Below the pieces are notes generated by a model. The model had not been told where the DNA came from, ran no database searches, and was given only the letters and a program-made list of their open reading frames with translations. 64,000 nucleotides of DNA from Azolla caroliniana (lineage: Eukaryota; Plantae; Polypodiophyta): NCBI GenBank assembly GCA_043228905.1, contig JBHGNT010000022.1, positions 6,944,001 through 7,008,000 on the forward strand. The letters are read 5' to 3'. This document shows positions 23,600 to 38,144 of the stretch, in pieces. The stretch's first letter is position 1. Each line of letters starts with the position of its first letter. The position numbers and the translations under genes were made by a program.

Positions 23600-25397
23600 T
23601 CTATTTTGAGTAATATAAGTTTAGTAGTTAGAGTATCTACTATGTCGACTACATTGTGTCGTCAGTTTTCTAACTGTCTTAGTGTCGAATTATTCAAATA
23701 CAGTCTCTACTGCACAAGTTGTATTGCATCTAATAGTTGATCATAAGTATATCATAGTAACTAGTCTACGTGAAAGACTAGCATCGATCAATCCATCTCT
23801 TCACCACAATCTTTTGACAGAATGTTCAGAGTCAAACGTTCAACCTATTGTGTTTGTTGGTTGTCGGCAAGTTAACACAATATTTTGGCATGCCCGGTTA
23901 CATCTGCTATATGCGGAGAACAAGCAGAATGGATGTCGTCTAGTCGACTGATTACAGATCAACCTATAAAAAGTAGAAGACCACGCACAAGATCAGAGAG
24001 TTGACATGCAGAAGGTGGTATTTTCGATAGTTCAGAGATTGCCGAACAAGTCCAACAAGAAGCTGAAGGGGAACTAAGAGGACTTCCCAATTTACGTAAT
24101 GAGGAGCAGTCCGACCAAAGTTACGTAATCACATTTTGTGAGGATACAATGCCGTATCCCTATCCTAGTATAATGATGAAGTCGACACGGAAGCGCATGT
24201 GCGCGCTTTTCTCATGAGATGGCAAGCGAACCATGTATCACAACGGTTGTCGGAAGCAGATGCCCACAAATCTAAGACAGTAGAATTTGGATTATCGCTT
24301 GACCGGCAATCGACGAATTGGTACTCACAGCATGAGGCAGATGAGTTTGAGTCTTTCAAGCAATTAAGGACTAAATTTATTAGGCTATTTCATCGACAAG
24401 TTCCAAAGACGGAACTAAAATGCGGCGTATCAAGAAGTCCATGAAACTATGCCGCAATTCATTATTCGGTTTCGAAACCTTAGGTGACAGTTACCAACAC
24501 CTCTTCTGGAAGAGGATGTGAAGGAAACTTTCTTGTCGGCTTTACGAGAGCCCCTTCGAACAATGATAGTTGTGTTTGATTTCAAGGATCAATCACTAGA
24601 GCAAGTGATTGACAAAGCACTTTTCATGGACAAGACACAGACCAATAATAGTGTGTCTATGGCATCCTTACAAAGATCTTTACCGACGTCGGAAGAAATA
24701 CGGTTCCGACAAGCAATCCAATGTATGACTTGTCTGAATCCAACCATTTTATGGTCGAATACACATTACGCACTCACTGTCCGATCTACCATTCCAAAGC
24801 GCATACGATCGACAAGTGTGAATACAATCTGCTTAATAAAGTTGCAACATTGGTCAGACAGCTACAACCCCAAGTTGATTGCTTTGAGGACCGTAATCAG
24901 TCAGTCCCATTTCAGGACGACGATTGGCCACAATACGATGATTGGTATCGGTCGGATAATAATTGGTAAGGTGATAATTGTAGAGATGATTATTGATGAA
25001 ACGATCGATACAATGACTATCGACGAGGAGATGATCGACAAGATGACTATGGACGAGATAGTAGGAACAATTATGACCGGGATTATTCACCTCGGCAAGT
25101 TAGAAATAATCGACAACCTTACAGGGGTAGTAGAGATCATGAAGAGAGAAGGTCCTATGACCAGAGGAGGAATGAAGTTAATTGACCACTGAATCATCTG
25201 TTCCATGAAAACAAAAGAACAATACACAAGAAGTTGTATGTAAAGCAACGAAGGAATGGGTTGAAACGGAAAACAACAATGTTGCTCCAATGCTATAGGA
25301 AAATAACCTATCAGCCGACAAGTTGGAAAGTAGACAACAGGAAATGTCGACGGTTACACCGGAAGAAGATGAAGCATGGAAGGTCTTGGCAGATTGT
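23600..25397 (+). mobile_element. Decayed gypsy (Tat-like) 5' end: LTR remnant, PBS and gag
   Basis: PBS-like TGGCATGCCCGG at ~23886 resembles tRNA-Arg PBSs. Gag-like ORFs (AHVRAFLMRW...FGLSL..STNWY..F.QLRTKFIRLF), Cys/His knuckle remnants and a repetitive RDD(Y)R tract. The start coordinate is approximate. Confidence 0.7.
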
Positions 25398-28300
25398 TGT
25401 TGAGCGGACAAGCTCAACCGGGTCTGGATCAGCTGAATAAGCCAAAGCCAGATCAGAGAACTGGGTCGGTGTCCGGATGGTATCCAAAACTAGGAGGCGG
25501 ATCGGATTATAATTGGTAGGCCGTTAGAGGCGTACGAATCTAGCCTAGTACGTAGGCATATTTTTGGGAGTTAGTGTCAATCTCTCGTATGAGCATTGAA
25601 GTACCTGTCCATACTTCTGTAAATACTCCTGTTAGTCCTTTCATGGACTTGTATAAAAGTGCTCACGGAGCACATTGTATGTACACAATGTTATTATTTT
25701 GAATTGATTTTATGCTTTTTGCTCTCTCTATCTCTCCCGTATACTGTGTATTCTAAGCTTCCATTAAACCTGTATTTATTCTCTGTTGCTATTTAGTGTA
25801 ACTAGTTTTATCTACAAGATTCTGCACATGATCTTTTACATGGTGTGAGAGCATGAGGGTTGAGAACCTTTGTAACTGACGAACAATTTCTGAAGACAAA
25901 CTCTAACACCCAATAGAGAACAGACAGAAGGGAAATATGGATCGAGGCATGGGTAGCTCACTCCCGATGGAGAAGCTCGACAGATCCAACTATGCATCTT
26001 GGTCGTACAAGATGCACCAATCAACACTTGCTCTGGCACGATTACTAGAGTTATGTTGACAGAGCTAATGATACAACACCTGATGGGGCACAGAGGGACT
26101 TCCAAACTTTGGAACAAGAGGCAAGCAGAGTTATGTACTGCTTTGCGTCCAATGTCGGCGATCAACTACTAAGCCATATCCGGGATGCCAAGATGCCGAA
26201 GGAAGCTTGGGGAAACCTGAAGAAGGTCTTCTCCGCAAACACCAGGGCCCGGAAGCTGCAACTCCCACAGGAGTTGAGCAATGTCTAACAGAAGGACATG
26301 TCGGTGGCCGACTACACGACCCGGATCAAAGACATCTGCAACATACTTGCCTCAATCAATGTGACTATCGAGGAAGATGAGATGGTGCAGGTTTGTCTCA
26401 GGGGATTGGCGTCAAAGTTCGAAGCATTTCGGACAACATCTATACAAGGGAGAATACGCCCTCGTTTTTCGACTTATAGTCGATGCTCCTAGTAGAGGAG
26501 AACCACGTGGCTGCGTCAATGAGCATGGACACCGACAACAGGATGTTGTACATGGAGCCGGATTGGCACACGATGGAAGCGGCCGACAAGAGAAAAATCG
26601 GAGGCACAATGATGGTGCTGACAAAAGTTCCGGACCCTCCAAAAGCAGGGGGAGTCTAGGTAGTGCTGGGAGAAGACTGCGACGAACTGTTGGTATTATA
26701 GTAGGAAGGGCCATAGAGAGAGTGAGTGTTGGAAGAAGTGCGCCGATTCGGACAAATCCGAATCTGGCAAGACCGATCAGGGAAATCGGAAAGGCTCGCA
26801 CTACACGGAAGGATCGGAAGGATCCGGTTCCGGAGATGGATCGGGCCCAACCCTTGTGATGAAACACAAGGCCAATTCGATGAAGACAAGCACATCGAAA
26901 CCAAATGAGGTATGGTATGTTGATTCCAGAGCATCAAACCATATGACAAGCCACGTGGACTGGTTTGCTTATCTAGAAAAACCGGAACAATCGGGGGTGG
27001 TCGCATACCATCGAGCACATCGGAGAGTTTCCCCTCAACCATGTCAGACAGAAGGGAATGATTATGAACATCCTACACATTTCGACAATCACAAAGAATC
27101 TAGTGTTGGTCGGACAAATTGTCTATCAAGGAATCCAGGCTTAGTTCACGCACTTGGGGTGCTTCATCAAGGAAAAGGGCAAAGTCATCACACAAGGGCA
27201 CCGAGACGAGAGGATGTTTATCCTCGAAACCAACGACGTCGGCACTACCTTGTTTGCCAAAGGACAGAAGATTGAATCAGACATCAATCTCTGGCACAAG
27301 CGGATCGGCGACGTCAATTACCAGAGGCTTCAAGACCTGCAATCGAAATAGGTTGTTTCTAGATTGCCAAAATTCAGTGGCCGGAAGGCCCAAATATGTG
27401 AAGCAACACTGGCTTCCATTCCCTACCAAAAGAAACCAGAGCCGTAACAAGCTTGATCTAAAACATTCGGATGTATGGGGACTAACAAAGAATGTTTGTC
27501 TTAGCAGGAGCCGATATTTCGTCTCCCTCATTGACGACTATAGCTGGCACACGTGGATCTACCTTATCGAGAAGAAAAGTGAAGTCTTTGACTATTTCCG
27601 GAACCTGCAAAGTCTTGTCGAATGGGAAACAGAGAGGAAGATCAAGTGCCTACAGTCAAATGCCGGAAAAGAATATTTTTCTGGCCAATTCAACAGTTAT
27701 CTGCAACAGAAGGGAATTTGGAGAGAATTCAGTTGCAAATACACACATAATCAAAACGGTGTGGCCGAAAGGAAGAACCAGTCAATTGTGGAGGTGGCAT
27801 GGCAATGCTGGAAGAGAAGAGCATGCCCAAGTTCTACTAGGCCGAAGTGGTCCCGACGGCTGTCTACAGCCAAAACCGAATTGGGGATAAGGCAACAACA
27901 CATGAGCTATATTTCGGGCGAAAGCCAAATTTAAGGGACCTTAAGATATTCGGTAGCATTGCATATGTGCATGTGCCAGATGAGAAGCGGAGAAAGCTGG
28001 ACCCAAAGTCAGAGAAGTACATCCTTGTCGGCTACTCACATGAGCAAAAGGGTTATAAGTGCTATAACCCCTGAACATAACAAGTTTGAGTGAACCGAGA
28101 TGTCGAATTTGATGAGTCAGCATCATGGTACTCTCTCCCAACTCCGATGTCTGACTTCGACACGATTAAGGAGGATGAAGCCAGTGAGCCCGAAACGATC
28201 CGAGTAGAAGGTGAAGAAGGATTTGGTACTCTAGATGAGAGTCCGACCTCATTTCGGCTATGTGGACCGCATGAGCGATTGTGTTAGAATGACCAGTATG

Positions 28301-29070
28301 GGGTTTGTTCTGTCTAAATCATAACTCTTCACTTTTTATCCGGCAAGGTTGGAACGGGCCGATTAGTATTTTACTTTATGTTGATGATTTAGTCCTTGTC
28401 GGCGCCGACCTAGACGAAATCGACCGCGTCAAGTTTGAACTCGCGGCATCGTTTGACATGAAGGATCTTGGGGACCTTCATTACTTCCTCGGGATCAAAG
28501 TTATCCACACTCCGGAGGGCATGTAATGATTAGTCAGCGACATTATGTGCTGAATATGCTCTTCAAATTCGGTATGACGGAATGAAAATCCGTCTCGACT
28601 CCTTGGGACCGAAATGTGAAGCTTTGCCCCAACTTCGAAATAACATGAGACCCATAAAGGTTCCGATAGATAGTCGGAAGCCTTATCTATATGACCATCA
28701 CCCGGTCGGACCTCAGTTATCCGGTCAGATTGATCATTCAATTTATGGCGCATCCGACCGTGGACCACCTTCAGTGCATGCACCGAATCATACGATACGT
28801 TACGGCCTAAGGAAAAGGGGGTTTTTGTATCGCACTGAATCCTAAGATACATTAGAGTCCTAAGGACAAGCTGGACATCTTGTCAGCTACACGTATGCTG
28901 ATTGGGCCAGAAATGCGAGCGATTGCAAGTCTACATCCAGACATGCGTTTTCATTTGGAAGCGCCGCATTCGCCTAGAGCAATAAAAAGTAGCCGGCAAT
29001 AGCACTAGTGAGAAAGGTGGCTGAGTACCGAGGAGCGGTTGCAACATGCGAAGCCATATGGCTCAAGAGG
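25398..29070 (+). mobile_element. Decayed copia family A element (A3), with the 5' part of RT deleted and the 3' end truncated
   Basis: LTR 25398-25840. PBS TGGTGTGAGAGC. Gag, PR (WYVDSRASNHM), IN and RT (YVDDL) fragments. Confidence 0.88.
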
Positions 29071-29074
29071 TTAT

Positions 29075-30132
29075 CGACAACCCACGTTGTCTCGTCGCTG
29101 ACAAGGTTTAACTCATTCTCCACCGTCCTTGTATCGGAGCCTCACTAGCTTCCAGAATACCGAAACCCAATTAACAACATTCTTGTTCTGGAACATGATG
29201 TTGATCTTCTCTCATACTTCATGATCCTTGCTCTCTTCATTGAAATTGTTGTACAGGCTCATGTCGATGAAGCACCGGATGTATGTCGTCGTCTTCATGT
29301 GCATCACCTCCCACACTGTGGCCTTGATCTTATCCGGTCTCTTGTCCCCAAACTGAACCGCCAACCAAAGATCTTTAACCACCAACATATCCCTCATCTT
29401 CGACTTCCACATTAAGTAGTTGGAGCCAGTGGGCTTGAACATACCACCGAACGATTCTTCCATTTCCTGTGTTGCTCATTCAGATACCAGTTTAAAGAGA
29501 AATAGCGTGGAATACTACTCGGCCACAACCGAGTAATGAGTCACTTCAATGAGAATGAAACACAGAAATGGGAAATAGAGAGTGAACGCACATACACACA
29601 CACCGATAGAGAGTACACAAGATGTTTACGTGGAAAACCCTGAATGGGAAAAACCACGGGAGCCCACAGACTCCATCTATCACTATGAAGAAAAGGGTAC
29701 AATAAAAAACTTGGAGGCAAGACCTCGACCTCTGTATGTTCGCCAAGCGGCGGTTATAACAAAGTATCGTTCTGTATCTCTCTCTATATATACAACAGTT
29801 ATGCACCTACAACAATATGACAACCACACATTTTTGTGATTGCCCTAGGTCATATTTATACTCATATGAACTTAAGGTTATTTACAAATATAGCCTCAAT
29901 AGGCTTACTCAAAACATATTTACAAATATGTCTTTTCTTCCGGTTCTCACCAGGTCCATCCGATCCGGTTTCCGGATCTCTTCCGGTTCTCACCGGGTCC
30001 TCTTCATTCATAACCGGATCCCATCCGGAGGGACCGACTTCCCAATAGTATCATACTCTACTCGCTACTTGCTCCGAAATCGGGAAGTCCTTTTGTGTTG
30101 TCTTCGACGCTAGTTCATTCACTCCCTCAACA
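29075..30132 (-). mobile_element. Copia family C 5' end (LTR, PBS, gag start)
   Basis: Gag MEESFGGMFKPTGSNYLMWKSKMRDML (29212-29463). PBS complement TCAGATACCA at ~29480. LTR ~29492-30132. Confidence 0.8.
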
Positions 30133-30795
30133 TAGCTCTAGTATCCGTGTTCGAGCAGGTACTGGTGCATCTTGTATGACCAAGATGCGTAGTTATTTCT
30201 GTCGAGCTTCTGAGTTGGTAACGAGCTAGCCATGCCTCTGTTCATTCTTTTTATTTATTTTTTTCGGCCTGTTCTTTTCGGAAGTTAGACTTTCTTGTCT
30301 ACTTAGCGCTTTTTGTCGGAAGTAGAGGATTTTCAACCCTGGCACTCTGATACCATGAAAAGAGTGACATGTGGAAGCTTGTAAATAGAATTGACTTCAT
30401 TGAATATTAACAGAAAATATGTGCAAGTTTAATGGAAGCTACAAGAATAAACAGAGAGAGCAGGAGAGGTAGAGAGAGTGCAGAATGTAAACTATATTAA
30501 AAAATAACCTCAATACTCTGTACATACAATGAGTGCTCAGTGAGCACTTTTATACAAGTCCTTAAAAGGATTGACAGAAGTACTGACATGTACTTAAATG
30601 CTCGTACCGAGCGACTCAGACTAACTCCTAAGAATATGCCTACGTACTAGGTTAGGATCGTAGGCCTCTAACGGCCTACAAGTTACACCAATTCGTATTA
30701 CGATCTAGCCCTTGGTTCTGGTTACCAATCTAGACACCGATCCGGCTTTGGCTTTCTCAGCCAATCCGGATCCGATTGAGCTTGTCCGCTCAACA
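30133..30795 (-). mobile_element. Copia family A 5' end (A4): LTR 30356-30795, PBS and gag start
   Basis: CTCTGATACCA at 30345-30355. The LTR ends GCTCAACA. Gag GMASSLPTQKLDRNNYASWSYKM on the minus strand. Confidence 0.85.
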
Positions 30796-32530
30796 GGGGG
30801 AGGAAAGTCACCTACTATGGCAGCTGAAGAAAATTCTTTATGGCTTAAAGCAAGCTTCGAGGATGTGGTACTAGAAGTTAGACTCATACATCTGGTAGCT
30901 TCGATACAACCGGTCCAACTCCGACCCATGCATGTACCTTCGGGAACCATCTAACGAGTCCAGGATATATGTGATCCTATACATGGACGATATGCTCAAC
31001 GTAGGAAGCAACAAAAATTGAGAAATGGAAGCGACAACTTCATGAGAAACTCTTGATGAAGGAACTCAGTGAAGCTCGACATATTTTGGGCATGATGATA
31101 GAGAGAGATATGAAGAAGAGGATCTTAAGGCTCTCCCAATCTAAATATATCGAAAAGGTGTTGAGGTGGTTCAATATGGACAAGTCTAAGTCGGCACTAA
31201 CACTACTTCCGACATTGATCCGACTATCAGACACAGAGTCTCCCTCCACTAAGGTAGAAACCAAGTAAATGAGAAAGATACCTATGCATCGGCCATAGGA
31301 AGTCTCATATATGCAATGGTGGCCACTCGACCCGGCCTTGCATATGGCGTACACACCACTGGTCACAACATGTATTATCTTGGAAAGAAGCACTAGGAAG
31401 CACATATTCTGATACCTTCGGAGAACCGAGGATCATCCGACCGAAGTCAAAGGCTTCACCGTCTCCGATTATGCCGGCCATCCCGACAATCGGAAGTCGA
31501 CATCAGGCTACGTCTTCACCTCTGGAGGCAGAGCAATTTCATGGGGGTTGAAGCTCCAAGAATGTATGGCACTCTCTACCATAGAGGATGGGTACATTGC
31601 CGCGTCAGAGGCAGTAAAGGAAGTTATTTGAATACAACAATTGTTGGCTGATTTTTCAGCCAAGAGCCGAAACGACCATCCTGCTCCATCTTTATATTGT
31701 GACTCATAGGGTGCAATTCACCGCATATGGAATCCTTTCTATCACACAAAGACAAAACATATAGAGGTGAGGTATCACCATATCCAGAAGCTCATCAACG
31801 ACAAGAAGCTCGAAGTCCGGAAGGTCGATACAGAGGTAAACATCATTTATAGCTTGATGAACCCGCTCCCAGATCACCGGTTCAAAACACTAAGGAGAAA
31901 ATTGGGACTATAGTAAGCTGAAGGGAATGAGAAAGCCGAATTTGAGGAAGTACCAAAAGAGTCGAAGGTTGAAAAGGGTTAAAAGGCTGGAAAACATCAT
32001 AGGGATTGAAAGAGCCAAAAAGAACGAAAGGTGATCGAAGGGTCGATAGAGCCAAAATCCGATCGAAGGGCCGTAGGGCTAGAGGAGCCGACTAAGCCGA
32101 TTTTACCACTCCCGATTTGAGAACTAGCTCTAAGCTTGTAATTTCTAATTGTAACTTTTCGAATTCAAATTGTATTTAAGTTTATGGGGGAGACAAGCCC
32201 TAATCCATTGTAACAATTAGAGTAGACCTTTCCCGAGGGAGTTTGTTGAACCAAAAGACCCACTCTACCCATTTGCATCCTAGTGTGAACACTCCAGTTG
32301 GAGTTAGATCTTGGTTACCCCAACTATAAATAAGGGGAACTAACCCTTGTCATACAATTTGGCGGGATTTAAAAAGTAACAGTCCCTTCTTGCTCTAAAC
32401 TGTGTAACTATCTCTCACCCTCTTGTGTATTTTCTTGTTGTTATTGAACAATGCACTATTCTTTCACTCTACTTGTTTCATGCTTGCTCATTCCTTTAAG
32501 AAGATCCATATAAACATCCTGCATAAGTTG
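30796..32530 (+). mobile_element. Copia family B RT/RNase H remnant, PPT and 3' LTR
   Basis: YMDDML, ILRLSQSKYIEKVL and TKHIEVRYHHI motifs. PPT GAGGGAG before TGTTGAA at 32244. The LTR end is approximate. Confidence 0.75.
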
Positions 32531-32991
32531 ACTTAAGGTATACATCTATGATAGTAGACTGTGAAGTAAAAGAACTTACAGGTCTTCAATCTACATCTAC
32601 CAATATGTTCCAAAGTTGTTTTGCGACAATAACATGTTTCATCATGTATGAACAGATTGGATAAATAGTCCCATCAAGCTTATCATCAACTTCAAGCATG
32701 CCAAACAAGCCATTGTTTCCCACCATTTCGTTAAACAAGAATGTAGCAAGATACTAACTTCGACAAAGGTTGAAATGGGTGCAAAAATATTACCTCACAC
32801 TCTATAACTTTGATGGTGATTTGGGCTACATGAATGGATTTGAAATGGGGAAAAAACCATAGTAGAACTACTAGGAATGCTTCTTCAAAAGGCTGAGATT
32901 CACTGTTCAAGACTTCAAAGTCAATTTCCACTCTTGAAGATTTGTGCGGGCCGCAAGGCAAAAATTAAAACTAGAGAACAAGGTGAACTTG

Positions 32992-35423
32992 CTTTGATAC
33001 CACTATTGGTCCTTCTTTTAAGAGTAGAACAAGCAAGAGAAGCACACATAAGAAGCCCTGAGGATGGCAAGATAGAAGACATACGGAAGATGAAGTCTAG
33101 GAGTGCTTTCCCTATCCATGTTCTCTACTAAAGAAGAAGCTAAATAATAATCCATAAGTACTAAGTACCACCACATATATGAGGGAATCCAATATGTGGT
33201 AACATGGGGTAAAAACTTCTAACCAACTCTAAAGCAAAAAGTGCCCATGTATAGGGAAAGAGTTCACATCAAAGCTACTTGAGGGAACAAGTAAGTGTAA
33301 CATCTTGTATAACAAATGATGAATATTGAAGTTTACACTCTACTTGTTGTGGGATCAAGAGGTCATGCCTCATTTGTTGCTTAGGGGATCACAAAAAACC
33401 AAGTGAACATAAAAAAAATTGATATGCTTTCATACGAATTGTTAGAGTCTAACTAATTAATTAAGCAAAACATAAGGAATTATAGACCAAAGAAAGGAAA
33501 GAGGGGTGCCAAATCACCCGACCATCCCCAAGCAACAATGTGAGATAGACCGGAACCTCCTCAAATTCCCATATGATCAAGGGTTGATGCAAGTCATACC
33601 TTGGGTCCTAAGAGGATCACACGTGCTTTGCTAGCAGGTACCATAACCACATTGTGGTAGTCGCAACATGAGTCAAGCCCCCTAAAAAGATGGTAGCTAG
33701 CCTTCCTATAAAGGTCAAATTAAAACCTAGGACTTAGTGTGTTCAAATTGGATTCCTTTTTATGAAGTGGTCACGTGATAACACAATATTTATCCCACAC
33801 TATACAATTGAATATTACAATTCATACCCTCGTGCCTTTTAGAAATAACCGGCACATACGCATTGTAAGATTAGGGAAAACTATGAAAAACCTATCCCAT
33901 GATCAATTATGGTTATGGATGTAACAATTATGCCTATATAATGTAAATGAGGGTAGGGCACTAATATTTACAAAACAATCAAGGGTATGTTCACTAATGT
34001 TAGAAAGGGACCAACGTAATCAGATAGAATCAATGATACAAGCATGCATTATCATCATCATGACAACCAACGAATGTAGAGTCTTTTAGAAAAGCTCATC
34101 AATTCAAGGGACCAATATGAGGCACCAATGGTGTGCACTAGGCTATCGTCGTGTGGATCATGTTACCTCTTCTAAGGTACGAGGCATCCTAATATCAAAC
34201 AACATTGTACATTGATCATAAGCAGGTTATGTCTTGATCATAGCTTGGGGATGGTCAAAAGGAGAAAAATACATAAAACGCAAGCTTTATAATAGGCTCT
34301 GAATCTAGTTTGAGTGATCATCGCAAAAAATTCAAAACAAGATTACTTAATCAACAAAGAGTTAGTCATTGGTAACAAGTTAGGAATGAAGGATGAGGGC
34401 AACAGTCGTCACCATTTTAGGACTCGGAAGACATAAGTACAATAAAGTCGTTTACACCCCTTTAACACAATATACTGAGATGATGAACAACATAGTACCA
34501 ATAGAAAACATCAACCACCCTTGTATAAATGACTAGAGAATTATGTAATGTACAGGGTGAACCCAAATATATCTCTTAGTATTCCTATTACCATAATATG
34601 GTAGAGTGCGTCACTCTAAATAACTTGATTTTAACAACATTACCTATTTTCATTAAGCTAATTTGGTTTTTCTAATTCGTGTTATTCCTCTACTATTTTC
34701 TAAGTATACATTAGGTATTGTTATGGTATTTTCTAAAGAAACCTACGACCTTTATCACACAAAGTCTAGTTGATGCGTGTCCAGGCTATTAGAAATAATC
34801 AATTATCAACCCCAAGATGTAAATCTATCCCCATATGTGCTCTTAGAGTGCACATTTTGAGGTAGCGGCCCAAATGAGGAACGACTAGTGTGCAACTCGA
34901 CCATATAGGTCAATAAGGTGTTAATCTAGGAAACCATAGATGCGTAGGACACAATGTATTTAGGAAAGAGTGAGATAGGTAATAGGATTGGCTAATCAAG
35001 TCAACTAGCATATTTTGTTGGAAAGTTACGATGTACTTAGTCTTGAACTATGTGCCATTGACTTCAAGATAAGTACTATCTAGCACTAGCTTGTATCTAG
35101 GGAGTTGTGTCATATTAAATGACAGGTCAGTTGACAGAAAAGGAATATCTCCACTGTTATCAATTGACTTGCACATTTAATGTTATACTTAGACCAAACA
35201 TAGAATATAATCCACTTTCTTACACAGTAGTTGGATTGATCATCAGTCTCCACTAATTTTGTAGTGAGCTGGTCCAGATCTCATCTAAGCTCTAAGGTGT
35301 GAGCGCATGGGTGAACGGCCATTGTGAGCTACTCTCATATGTAATAGAAGTTTTGTTTTCATATATCCATCTTTGTGGTTGTAACTCTATATACCTATCT
35401 AATCAATTCTCAATATTTCTAAC
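32992..35423 (-). mobile_element. Probable long LTR next to a tRNA-iMet PBS
   Basis: CTTTGATACCA at 32992-33002 is followed by ~2.4 kb of non-coding sequence ending ...CTAACA. Boundaries are uncertain. Confidence 0.35.
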
Positions 35424-35746
35424 ACTTGCAACCACCCTGTTGGTCGTCTATCGATGAGGGTCGATTCCATCTTCCCCATGGGATGTACATTCCCTGGTAA
35501 TTGAGCCGCTATTAAAACCAATTCAATAGCCCGACGGTCCGCACTAAAGGAAGTTAGTGGACATCATTGGACAACTAACAACAAACACCTAACTAACAAA
35601 CTTGGACGTCTGTATGTCACGCATGACCAACAAGAGCTACATGACAACAATGTAGACAACTAACCTGAGGCATCTCACCCCTAGAAAAACAAGCAAACGA
35701 ATGAATGAGAGCACTCTCCACTTGGGATGTGTGTGTGTGTGTGTGT

Positions 35747-35781
<35 letters not shown>

Positions 35782-36099
35782 TGAAAGATATATTAACGTC
35801 TTCTAAGACCAAAATTGACCCATGAAACAAATGGTTTACAACAAAAATGGGGTATTTACCCATTCATCGAAAGTAAAACTTAAAATAAAATAAAATAAAA
35901 CTTAAGCTAAAGAGTTCTAGTAAAAAACATGTTCTAGAAAGGAAATGACTTTATACTAGGCCTAGTTTCATTTACATCCAAGTCTTTCAAAAAGAAGCGG
36001 GAGGTGAAAGGGTTTCAATGTGGATGTGGCCCATGGTCCCAATGTAAAACGTACCCCAACCATAGCTTCTAGGTAGCACAACTCACATTCCCTTATTTT

Positions 36100-37800
36100 C
36101 TTAATTGTTTCTACCCCACGTCGAGTTTCTTTGAAACCCAACATCCAAGGGCTTTTGGTTGTTCTTTGCTTATCTGCTTTAACAAGGGAGAGGCCGAGTG
36201 GTGTAGGTGTGTCTAGATTCCTGATCTCCCCTTGTTCCTGAAAAGTTTCATTAGTTACATGTTGGTGAATACATATAGGGATTGGGATGCCTCAAAAGCT
36301 TGACGAGATATCCTATCTTGTGGTTGGCTATGTATCCTATAAATAAAAACTACAATTTGGAAAAGTGCTTCTACTAACATCGGGGGAAAACTAAAGTATG
36401 CTCTAATAATGTCATGTGGTACTATCGATTTGTTTTAGAGTTGGCGTGATAACATCGTCACCAAAGGTCTCTCTAATTGCGTCATGAAAGATGGTAGGCC
36501 TAGAGGCCAAACTACTAGTGCATACATGAGGGAAGGGGTTCCTAATTAGTCAAAGAGACATCCCTTAGTCCGTGGCTCTTGAAAGTATGCCTAGTAGGAT
36601 TGTCTCTCTAAGAGTGACAAGGATGCATACCCTGTCGTTAGCCTATCTTTGGCTGCCTGGTTTATTGAGAATTTACCTAAGCGAGCACTAAAAGTGACTC
36701 CGAAATATACATATGATCCAACTACCTCAACTAGTTTATGAGAGAGCATTAGGTAACATTTACTCCTAACTTGAGATGATGTATGACTAATAAGGACTTT
36801 AGTTTTCGCTAAATTCACTACCAATCCTCGTTGTGTGCAAAAGTCATGTAGGGCATTAAGTTGGTTCCGTAGGTCGTGTTCAGACTCCGAGAGCAAAACA
36901 ATGTCGTCTGCATAGAGTAAGAGACTAACTTATGTACCCCGAATGACTACTCCGTTGCTTCCTTACGAGCAATAAAATCAGTGATCTCATCAATGTAGAT
37001 CCCAAAAAGAGTCTGTGATAGGGGGCAACATTGTTTTTACACTAATGGTGCTCATGAAGCAATCAGATAAGCCACATGGGCATCTTACGCACTTAGAGAC
37101 TTGCTCATATAGAGCATATTAGATGGCCCAGATAATGTCATTTTGTATCTCCAGGCTTTTAAGCCTATCAAACAACTGCTCCCTAGGAATTGTGTCAAAG
37201 GTTTTGCGGAAGTCCACAAAGCAACAATATAGTTTCTTCTTGCGAGTCTTTGTTTGGTCAATTAAGCATCTAAGTGTGAAGATATGGTCAATAGTGGAGA
37301 AGGCTCGTCTAAAGCCAGCCTGTTGAGGTGCTCGAAGACTTAAGGTTTCCATATAATAGTTGAGCTCTACTTCCATTACTGCACCATATAATTCTGCGAG
37401 CGTATGACCTATCATAATGGTCCTATATGTATTTGGGTCTATCGGGTCCCCTCCTTAATGTATAGGGGCCATTGTGTGCATGGTCCCTTGTGGTGGAAAA
37501 CCCTCAGCAAAACCCTCGGTGAGGGCGCAGCTGAAGATTAGAGTAAGAAAGGAGCTAGGCACTCTTGAGCATATATGATGTGCTTGGCTCGCAATCCTGT
37601 GTGGTCCATGGACTTCCTATGTTGTAATTTTTTTATGACCTTGGTGACCCTAGAGGTCGTGAAAAGTGTCCCCATGGTAGGTCGAGGTGTGGAAGGCATT
37701 GGAATGGGTGGCTGGTTTGGGACTTGTAAAGTCTCTATGTATATGTGTGCCAAGTGTTAGGATCCTCGATGGGTGTCTGTGGTCTCCGTTCCCGTAGTCT
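36100..37800 (-). mobile_element. 5'-truncated, decayed LINE (RTE-like) reverse transcriptase
   Basis: Non-LTR RT motifs QAGFRRAFSTIDHIFTLR, YCCFVDFRKTFDTI, LLYADDIVLLSES, VNLAKTKVL and YVYFGVTF, with stops and frameshifts. Ends are approximate. Confidence 0.85.
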
Positions 37801-37939
37801 CTTCTATGCATGGGCGGAATCCCTACCCATGAGGATGTGGTAGAGTTCCCAATATTGAGAGGGAGGGAGAGAGAGAGAGGCTAGGCCTAAGGTTATTAGG
37901 CGTATATGTGGCCCACCCAAATGCCCTTGGGAATGGAAT

Positions 37940-38065
37940 GGGATTGTGACGTTGGACAGGCCGCCAGCTTTGTGCATGGCATACATGGCATACATATGTG
38001 TTGCGCTGCATTGCATTGCATGCCTTCACAGATTCATATACATATATATATATATGTATATATAC
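37940..38065 (+). promoter_or_regulatory. Putative storage-protein promoter (RY and ACGT motifs, TA-rich TATA region)
   Basis: TGACGT at ~37947. TGCATG (RY core) at ~37973 and ~38017. A (TA)n tract lies ~90 bp upstream of the ATG. Confidence 0.5.
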
Positions 38066-38109
38066 GTACTCATCTGTCGCAGATATGACGAAACAGGGGT
38101 TTATTTACT

Positions 38110-38144
<35 letters not shown>

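Noticed and set aside
37998-38144. N-terminal extension of the cupin ORF given in the ORF track
   Set aside because: It runs through (TA)n and (CA)n microsatellites. The ATG at 38145 has good context (ACCATGG) and begins a signal peptide.
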